A program made the position numbers and the translations under genes. The notes beneath the pieces are model-generated. The model searched no databases, was not told the origin of the DNA, and worked only from the letters and a program-made list of their open reading frames with translations. Below, piece by piece: positions 1 to 6,692 of a stretch of 64,000 nucleotides of DNA (the first letter of the stretch is position 1; every line of letters begins with the position of its first letter). The DNA is from Clostridia bacterium (lineage in GTDB: Bacteria > Bacillota > Clostridia > Oscillospirales > CAG-272). The stretch lies in contig JAGALA010000054.1 of the NCBI GenBank assembly GCA_017625935.1, positions 7,655-71,654 on the forward strand, written 5' to 3'.

Positions 1-12
1 AAACAATGAACG

Positions 13-40
13 TAGGGGACGGCGCCCTCGACGTCCCGTA
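13..40. repeat. GC-rich hairpin element, copy A (TAGGGGACG-loop-CGTCCCGTA)
   Basis: Stem GGGACG 16-21 pairs with CGTCCC 32-37, with flanks GTAGG..CCGTA. Copy B at 26435-26459 has the same architecture and flanks, with a C:G to G:C swap in the stem. Confidence 0.4.
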
Positions 41-56
41 ATAAACGGAGGCAAAT

Positions 57-654
57 ATGATAAAAACATTTAGCGGAGGCTTGCTTGATTCAAACACGTA
101 TGTGTATTTTACCGACACAGGGTGCGCTATGATTATCGATTTTGGCGTACCGCTTGAAAGGGTAAAGCAGTACGTAGATGAAAACAAGCTGACGGTTGAA
201 TATCTCGTTTCAACCCACGGTCACTATGACCATATTAACTACGTGGGGGACTACAAAAAAGCTTTCCCAAATGCAAAAATCCTTTGCCACGTGGATGAAT
301 TAGAGGTAATTCGCGACCCCGAGGGTAATCTAAGCGTGTTTTTCGGGCTAAGCAATTCCTACGACATTGGCTATCAAGCACTTAACGACGGAGATGTGAT
401 TTCTCTTGAAAATTCCAAGGGGAGTGTCGATTTTACGGTGATTCACGCCCCCCGGGCATACCTCGGGCTGCATGTGCCTTTACGCGCCAGACGAGAAAAT
501 AATGTTCACAGGGGACGTGCTTTTTGCGTGCGGCTACGGCAGAGTTGACTTAAAATATGCAAGCCCACGAGATATGGCAGCCTCTCTTAAAAGGCTATAC
601 ACCTACAAGGGTGTAAAAATCTATCCCGGTCACGGCGGTAGTGCAACGATATAA
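57..654 (+). pseudogene. MBL-fold metallo-hydrolase (hydroxyacylglutathione hydrolase-like), frame broken in a C6 run
   Basis: ORFs 57-548 and 472-654 are the two halves of one MBL protein (THGHYDH motif, then TGDVLF and PGHG). Deleting one C from CCCCCC at 448-453 restores IHAPGHTSGCMCLY in a single frame. Confidence 0.8.
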
Positions 655-656
655 CA

Positions 657-686
657 GAAAAGAGCCACACAGAGTGGCTCTTTTTG
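657..686. terminator. bidirectional intrinsic terminator between convergent genes
   Basis: Stem AGAGCCAC 661-668 pairs with GTGGCTCT 674-681. An A-run lies upstream and TTTTT downstream. Confidence 0.75.
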
Positions 687-729
687 TATTTTTGAGTTAA
701 TCTTTAGGCAAAAACTAAGCTTTGTAACT

Positions 730-1575
730 TTATTGCTTGTAGCTTTTACGGTACAAGGTCGGTGTAATTCCAAGCTCGCCCTTGAACACCTTTGTGAAAA
801 AGTTATAGTCGTTGTAGCCGCATCTTGACGAAATCTCCTGTATTGACAAATCACTGTTGAGGAGCAAATCAACCGCAAGCTGCATTCTCAGTGTGATTAT
901 ATATTTCGTCGGCGTTGTGCCTACGTATTTTTTGAAATGTAAATTAAACGTGGTCATGCACATATTTTCCATTTTGGCAAGCTCTGTTGTTTTTATGCTC
1001 TCGTTAAAATGCTCGTTAAGATACCGTACGGATTTATGAAGCCTGCCAACGCCTGTGCCCTTGGTTGAAAGCACCCTGCCGATTTCAATTAGTAATCTGT
1101 CGAGCAAGGCGGAAAGGTCGCTGTCTCTGAACGAATCGTTCAAGGCAAAGCCGTCAAAAAGTGCTTTAAATCTTGTGTCAATATGGTTGCTTATCGATAT
1201 TTTATGTACGTGAGGAAAAAGTGAAAGCTTGTACTTATTTAGGACTTCTTCAACCTCGCTACCCGTAAAATGCGCCCAGTAAAACCGCACGTTTTCGCTT
1301 GATGCAATGCAGCTGTATCTATATGGAGTTTTCGGCGGATAGATAATTAAATCTCCCCTTGAAAGCTCGACCTTTGAGTCACCCTCTAAAAAATCTATTT
1401 TCCCCGAAACCAAATAAATAAGGTAGTAGTCAAGGCGCCCCGTAGGGTTTACGTTTATGTGGTTGTAGTTTGCGTCGACAAAGCCCGAGCAGTTAACAAC
1501 AAGCGGTGCGGACAAATCCTCGCGGCTTCCAAAATTTAATACGGGGCCGTCACGCCTTTTATCCATTGGCGTCAA
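730..1575 (-). CDS. AraC-family transcriptional regulator (N-terminal cupin sensor, C-terminal dual HTH)
   Basis: The C-terminal region (TTELAKMENMCMTTFNLHFKKYVGTTPTKYIITLRMQLAVDLL..SIQEISSRCGYNDYNFFTKVFK) is typical of AraC HTH domains. The 1575 start is TTG; an ATG at 1566 is the alternative start. Confidence 0.9.
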   Translation of the reverse strand: MTPMDKRRDGPVLNFGSREDLSAPLVVNCSGFVDANYNHINVNPTGRLDYYLIYLVSGKIDFLEGDSKVELSRGDLIIYPPKTPYRYSCIASSENVRFYWAHFTGSEVEEVLNKYKLSLFPHVHKISISNHIDTRFKALFDGFALNDSFRDSDLSALLDRLLIEIGRVLSTKGTGVGRLHKSVRYLNEHFNESIKTTELAKMENMCMTTFNLHFKKYVGTTPTKYIITLRMQLAVDLLLNSDLSIQEISSRCGYNDYNFFTKVFKGELGITPTLYRKSYKQ

Positions 1576-1697
1576 ATAGTAAGAAACAGTTTTCGTAAAA
1601 GCTCACCTCGCGTCAAATAATACTTAAACTCCGTCAAATTGTTCTATAAATCGTATACAATTTATTATACAATAAAAATGTAAAAATGTCAAATAGT
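1571..1697 (+). promoter_or_regulatory. four direct repeats sCGTCAAATAGT in the AraC / LRR-protein divergent intergenic region
   Basis: GTCAAATAGT at 1571, GTCAAATAAT at 1612, GTCAAATTGT at 1633 and GTCAAATAGT at 1688, all in the same orientation. Copy 3 abuts a TACAAT -10 candidate at 1656-1661 that has no good -35. Confidence 0.45.
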
Positions 1698-1714
1698 TTA
1701 CAAAGGAGAGAAAA

Positions 1715-3634
1715 ATGAAAAAGAAAATTTTATTTACGCTTTTGACGCTTGCGCTCTTTATCTGCTTATTCACAGTAGCAGTAAGCGCTGCAGCACAAAG
1801 CTATTCAAGCTATGAGGTTACGTTGACTGACGGTACAACCAAAACGGTGTACGCTGCAGGAGTTGACCAATGGGAGGGAAGGGTTTACCTCAATGCAAAG
1901 CTTTACGCAGAGGCGCCTCTTGATAGCGACGGAACATACGAGGAGGTTGATTGGACCACCGTTGAGGAGCTTGACTTCTCAAATGTAATGCTTTATGTGT
2001 ATGATTCAAACAAAAAAGTATGGAACGAGCGCGAGTACGGTTCAAACCAAGGCAATACGGCGCTTTGCTTGTACCCTAATGGACTTAACAAAAAGACACA
2101 GCTGACAAGCCTTAAAAAGGTAACAACCGGCAAGATTGTCACATTAAGAGAAGGTGCTTTTAATAGAGCACCGGCGCTTGAAACGCTTGTTATTTCAAGC
2201 AATCTTAAATATATCCAAAATAATGCTTTTTATTACTGCAACACTCTTAAAGAAATTAAATTTGACGGCGTTTCATCACTTGAAACCATCACTGACTCAT
2301 TCGTTGGCTGTACATCACTTACAGAGGTGTATTTGCCTGCAAGCTTAAAAAGCTTAAACAACACCTTTAACGGTTGCACATCGTTAAAAAACGTAGATCT
2401 TGGCGGTGTAACAAGCATTGGAAGTAGCACCTTTAATGGCTGCACATCCTTGGAAAGTATTTATATTCCAGCAAGCGTTACTTATATCGGCTCTGACTGC
2501 TGGCGTGGTTGTACAGGCGTAACAAAGATTACATTTGACCCCAATTGCCCTGTTACACACATCTACGCACATACCTTTGACGGCACAAGAGCAACCGAAA
2601 TTACACTTCCGAATTCAGTAACAAGCATAGGTCAAAATGCGTTTGCATCATCAACCTTAACAACGATAAACCTTGGTGCAAGCTTTAACAACTTCAATGC
2701 CAGCAATGCGAGTCAAGCACCGCTTAGCGGCAGAAACATAGAATATCTCTATCTATCCGATACCTTCACATCGGAGCAGTTAAGAAATAACATTTTCAAC
2801 TGGACGGATACAAATAACGCTAACGACCTAAAGGTCATTTGCTACAAGCTCGTTGTTTTCTATTCGGGCGATAAAGCGGCTGCAGAGGCTATTATAAACA
2901 AGGCGAAAACAGGTGGCGAAAACGGAGCAATGCTCAACGGCTTCTTTGCTTCTATGACACTTTTGACAGTCGAGGAGTATGAAAAAGCAGTAGCGGACGG
3001 CACACTTGTAATAGGCACAAATGGCGCACCCGCAAGATATATGGTTTACGGCTACAATAAGTGCGAAGCATTCTATGACGGCAATCACGCTATCTCTGAG
3101 GACGCAACCTTGAAGTTTGAGGGTGAGGACTACATTTCAAGATACATTTCCGTTTGTGCTTGCACACGCGGTTGCGGCAGTGATGCCGTAACTGAAATTT
3201 GCGGCCCGCTCTTTAAGAATAAGGGCTACTCGGTATATGAGGAAAATTCAAAGGGCAACATCACGTACGGTATATACGTTGACGAAGCAAACGTTGAAGC
3301 ATACGAAAAATTCACAGGAAATGACGTTTCCTTTGGCTTCGTTGTAGGAAACGTAAACGATGAGCTTGACGGCAAAATTATAGGTAATGACGGCACCTGC
3401 TTGCTTGCCGGTGCAATTGCTACCGATTTTGCGACAATTGATTTCAAGTCCTTCTCGGTTTACAATCTTAAGCTCACAGGCATTGAAACCGATGTTCAGA
3501 AAGCAAAGAGCATTTATTGCGGCACATACGTAGTTGACGGCGGCATCGTTTCATACATTGGCGACAACGTAACGGATAAATCAGTAGCCGTAAGCTACAA
3601 TGCGATTTACGAAGCTAAAAAAGACGAAGAATAA
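1715..3634 (+). CDS. secreted BspA-type leucine-rich-repeat protein with C-terminal Cys-headed domain
   Basis: Signal peptide MKKKILFTLLTLALFICLFTVAVSA. LRR units of about 23 aa (F.GCTSL..V.LP.S..SI). The C-terminal 160 aa is paralogous to domains in the 6693 and 20669 proteins. RBS AAAGGAGAG. Confidence 0.85.
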   Translation: MKKKILFTLLTLALFICLFTVAVSAAAQSYSSYEVTLTDGTTKTVYAAGVDQWEGRVYLNAKLYAEAPLDSDGTYEEVDWTTVEELDFSNVMLYVYDSNKKVWNEREYGSNQGNTALCLYPNGLNKKTQLTSLKKVTTGKIVTLREGAFNRAPALETLVISSNLKYIQNNAFYYCNTLKEIKFDGVSSLETITDSFVGCTSLTEVYLPASLKSLNNTFNGCTSLKNVDLGGVTSIGSSTFNGCTSLESIYIPASVTYIGSDCWRGCTGVTKITFDPNCPVTHIYAHTFDGTRATEITLPNSVTSIGQNAFASSTLTTINLGASFNNFNASNASQAPLSGRNIEYLYLSDTFTSEQLRNNIFNWTDTNNANDLKVICYKLVVFYSGDKAAAEAIINKAKTGGENGAMLNGFFASMTLLTVEEYEKAVADGTLVIGTNGAPARYMVYGYNKCEAFYDGNHAISEDATLKFEGEDYISRYISVCACTRGCGSDAVTEICGPLFKNKGYSVYEENSKGNITYGIYVDEANVEAYEKFTGNDVSFGFVVGNVNDELDGKIIGNDGTCLLAGAIATDFATIDFKSFSVYNLKLTGIETDVQKAKSIYCGTYVVDGGIVSYIGDNVTDKSVAVSYNAIYEAKKDEE

Positions 3635-3726
3635 CAAAAGTGAATGTTGCATAGGCACAGAGCAAAAACAGACACTTTCTCAATTAAAATTAAGTTTTTT
3701 CTCTAATTTTAGTGATATATAAGGTT

Positions 3727-3763
3727 GAGAACTTGCAATTTGTTGCAAGTTCTCTTCTTTTTT
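3727..3763 (+). terminator. intrinsic terminator
   Basis: 12-bp stem GAGAACTTGCAA 3727-3738 pairs with TTGCAAGTTCTC 3743-3754, followed by a T-rich tail. Confidence 0.8.
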
Positions 3764-3945
3764 GTGTCTGTTTTTTAGACGCGACCACGGGCTCTACCGT
3801 ACGCCAGTACGCATACGTGAACCCCCAAACCTCAATTCTTCGGTTTGAGGAACCCCTTTCACGTTTCCGTGTTCACGCCGCCCCAAGGATTCCTTGAAAT
3901 TGCGTGCAATTCCAAGGAGTGGGTCAACACTCATTTCACTATCCA

Positions 3946-3978
3946 CTAAAAAGGGGCGTCGCTTAAACGCGACAGCCC
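3946..3978 (-). terminator. intrinsic terminator of the XRE-membrane gene
   Basis: The minus strand reads AGGGGCTGTCGCG-TTTAA-GCGACGCCCCT followed by TTTTT, directly after the stop at 3981. Confidence 0.75.
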
Positions 3979-3980
3979 CT

Positions 3981-5375
3981 CTATTTTGTGTATTCAATTT
4001 CGTATTCAACAATTAGGAAACGGTCGTTATCGCCATCATATAGAATAGAAATAAAGTTCTGCGTGCCATCTTTTGACGGTAGCGTGTTTGACGTACCGTC
4101 ATTTATATTGTAAAAAATACAATAATCGTACGTTGTGCCAGCTGATATAGCATGATTTGGCGGAAGCAACCCTTGCATTGATGTAGGAACTCCCTTTAAC
4201 CAGCGTGTGTCATTTTCCAACCCCTCTTCAAAGGTGTCTGCGACGTTTTTGCCGAGATAAACATGCGTTTCTTCAGTTAATACAGTATATACCACGCGTG
4301 AATATTCGGGCAATTCAACTCCTGTTAACTCTTGCGCCTTCAAATAATATGTGTCGTCGTCTGTTTCCGGAAAGAAAAAGCCGAACATTCCGTAAATGCA
4401 AAGGAAAAATGTCATAATTGCGCCTGCAATTATATTTTTGATACCTTTGTGGCCGCTTGCCAACATTACAATACCAAAAATAAATGAAAAAATGGGAATT
4501 ATTGCTACGGGATAGAAAACCCACATATTAGAAAAAGTAGCATGGTTGATTTGGGAAAGAACGGCGACTAAGATGAGAGCAATTACAATTGAGGCAAAGG
4601 AAGCTATAAATAAAACTAAAGAGAGTATCGAAAGCACTGGACTTTTTTTGAGCTTTGAGCTTTTTCTCGGTTTAGTGTCAATAAATGTTTCAATTATTGA
4701 ATTATTTATAAGTATATTGCGCTTAATCACAAAGCGTTGAGAGTCGAAGTAAAAGGAAATAAAATTATTTGACGCTTTAACATTCTCTATAGCACCGTAA
4801 TCAATAAAATACGTTCTTACAAGTGTATCGTTCCTATAAATGTCAACATTCATTGCTTTGTCAAAAAGAGTATAATGATATTCCTTGGTGCTCATATTAT
4901 TGGCAAGATTTTTTATTACACGTTGCGATACTATAAGCGAAGCAATAAACATTGTTGGATATACCAAAAGCGAGATGAGCAAATATATAGCGACATCACT
5001 GCTTCCTTCCCCTGCTACAAAGGTAATGAGAGAATGAAGTGCTCCAAAAATCATAAACGGCATAGGAATATAAAAGCCGCGTTTTATGGCAGGAGAAACC
5101 GCACTTTTTGCTTCCTTTTTGTCAAATGAAAAGGAGTAGCTCTCCTTGGGTACTTCGGATTTTGTTTCTTGGCTTATCTCCTCGCTGTTTAAAAGCTCGT
5201 CGACGGAAACATTAAAAATTTCCTTTAATCTTATTAAATTGTCAACAGTTGGCACGGTTTTATCCATTTCCCAAAGGCTTACGGTTTGACGGCTGATTAG
5301 CAGCTTATTGCCAAGCTCCTCTTGGGAAAGACCTGAGCGCTTTCTGTAAAATTGAATTTTTTCACCTATTGTCAT
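3981..5375 (-). CDS. membrane-anchored XRE-family HTH protein
   Basis: The N-terminal HTH_3 (IGEKIQFYRKRSGLSQEELGNKLLISRQTVSLWE) is followed by several hydrophobic helices and a C-terminal soluble domain of about 110 aa. Confidence 0.8.
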   Translation of the reverse strand: MTIGEKIQFYRKRSGLSQEELGNKLLISRQTVSLWEMDKTVPTVDNLIRLKEIFNVSVDELLNSEEISQETKSEVPKESYSFSFDKKEAKSAVSPAIKRGFYIPMPFMIFGALHSLITFVAGEGSSDVAIYLLISLLVYPTMFIASLIVSQRVIKNLANNMSTKEYHYTLFDKAMNVDIYRNDTLVRTYFIDYGAIENVKASNNFISFYFDSQRFVIKRNILINNSIIETFIDTKPRKSSKLKKSPVLSILSLVLFIASFASIVIALILVAVLSQINHATFSNMWVFYPVAIIPIFSFIFGIVMLASGHKGIKNIIAGAIMTFFLCIYGMFGFFFPETDDDTYYLKAQELTGVELPEYSRVVYTVLTEETHVYLGKNVADTFEEGLENDTRWLKGVPTSMQGLLPPNHAISAGTTYDYCIFYNINDGTSNTLPSKDGTQNFISILYDGDNDRFLIVEYEIEYTK

Positions 5376-5404
5376 ATTACACCTCGATTAGTTTTTTCAA
5401 GGAT

Positions 5405-5432
5405 AGTATATCATAAATCCCAAAAATGTAAA
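5405..5432 (-). promoter_or_regulatory. candidate sigmaA promoter of the XRE-membrane gene
   Basis: The minus strand reads TTTACA, a 16-nt spacer, then TGaTATACT. Confidence 0.45.
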
Positions 5433-5445
5433 GCACATTGTGCTT
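5431..5445. promoter_or_regulatory. palindromic operator candidate AAGCAC-ATT-GTGCTT
   Basis: Perfect 6+6 palindrome overlapping the -35 of the XRE gene promoter. Confidence 0.4.
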
Positions 5446-5511
5446 GATTTTGTCAAGTGACACTTGCAATCCGTCAAATTCAGACACAGGGTGGGCATTT
5501 TTTGTTGTTGA

Positions 5512-6393
5512 TTAATTTGTTATATTGAGCTGTTTATTATTATCAAACCAAGCGTTAAGGTCTATTTTCTCAATAATAGGTCTTTCTTGTGGCGTTTCAT
5601 TCGGTGTATGATAAACAAAGCGGTCGTTGCCCTCGCGGTCGGTGAAAACCATACCGTGGCCTCCGCCGTTTTCGCAAATGAGCCTTTCGTCAATTGACCA
5701 TTTGCCGTGTATTGTGCCGCTATCGCTTCTTGCAATTGCTTCACAGTATTCGCCCTTATAAAAGCTTGACCAAATGGAAATCAGCTTGCCATCTCTCTTT
5801 ATAAGGAAAGGACCATCGGTTACGTACGCACCGTAGCCGCGAATATCGTGCTTCCAGGAGGCATCACCCGCCTGCCAAAGCAAAAACGGCTCACCCTGTG
5901 TCGCTTTTAAGTCCTTTGAAAGCTCAATTGCACATACCGCCCCGTTATCGATTTGCGTCCACTCGTGACAGAAAATCATATAAGGGGTACCGTTTTCCTC
6001 GTAAAACGTGCCGTCAAGACATTCCCAGCCCTCAGGGGTGATTGGCCCGTTTGAAAGTGTCACAAATTTTCCGTCGGGAGTGTCGCTGATTAAGATAGCT
6101 GTACCCTTTTTTGTATCGCTTACTCTGAACGTAGCGAACATATAAAATTTGCTGTTATATTTATGTACCTCGGGCGCCCAGAAATCGCGGATGCCGTAAA
6201 AACCGTCATAGTATTCAAAAACAGGAATTGCCTCGCTCCAATTTTCAAGATCGTCACTTATATAAACGTCAAAGCCGTAGTCGTATTTTGTGCCGTCTCC
6301 CCACGTGTATTTGGCGCGTGTCCCGTACATATAGTATTTTTCGCCCTCGCAAAGCACAAACGGGTCACGGATATTTATTTCGTTTAGTTTCAT
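5512..6393 (-). CDS. glycoside hydrolase family 43 (intracellular arabinanase/xylosidase-like)
   Basis: Starts RDPFVL..YYMYGT, with WAPEVHKYNSKFYMF and DGPF blocks typical of the GH43 five-bladed propeller. No signal peptide. Confidence 0.85.
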   Translation of the reverse strand: MKLNEINIRDPFVLCEGEKYYMYGTRAKYTWGDGTKYDYGFDVYISDDLENWSEAIPVFEYYDGFYGIRDFWAPEVHKYNSKFYMFATFRVSDTKKGTAILISDTPDGKFVTLSNGPITPEGWECLDGTFYEENGTPYMIFCHEWTQIDNGAVCAIELSKDLKATQGEPFLLWQAGDASWKHDIRGYGAYVTDGPFLIKRDGKLISIWSSFYKGEYCEAIARSDSGTIHGKWSIDERLICENGGGHGMVFTDREGNDRFVYHTPNETPQERPIIEKIDLNAWFDNNKQLNITN

Positions 6394-6545
6394 AATCTCA
6401 CCTCAGATAAATTCTACCACATTGAGGGGGCTTTTTCAAGAAGAAAGCGCTTTGGTTACTAAGGAATCATTAAATGTTCACGAAAAATTAACATATATAC
6501 ACTCATTGTTAAAAGTGTACAATTAGTGACCTTGCCAAGGAGTTT

Positions 6546-6577
6546 GTGAACAAACAATTTCGCAATTTTTTGTTCAC
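6546..6577. promoter_or_regulatory. inverted repeat GTGAACAAA-N14-TTTGTTCAC upstream of the 6693 gene promoter
   Basis: Perfect 9-bp arms at 6546-6554 and 6569-6577. A further TTGTTCA copy lies at 6611-6617, beside the -35. Confidence 0.35.
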
Positions 6578-6619
6578 TTTTCACAAAAACATTCTATTTT
6601 TTATTATTTTTTGTTCAAC

Positions 6620-6648
6620 TTGACAGTTTTTCACATATATGTTAATAT
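6620..6648 (+). promoter_or_regulatory. sigmaA promoter, TTGACA-17-TGtTAATAT
   Basis: -35 TTGACA at 6620-6625, 17-bp spacer ending in TGt, -10 TAATAT at 6643-6648. Confidence 0.7.
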
Positions 6649-6692
6649 TATTGTATCAACGTGCGCATGCACAAATATTTAAGGAGAAAGAT

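Noticed and set aside
6639-6692. Upstream start of the 993-aa ORF as given in the track
   Set aside because: The extension MLILLYQRAHAQIFKEKD overlaps the -10 of the promoter and has no RBS. The ATG at 6693 has AAGGAG and begins a textbook signal peptide.
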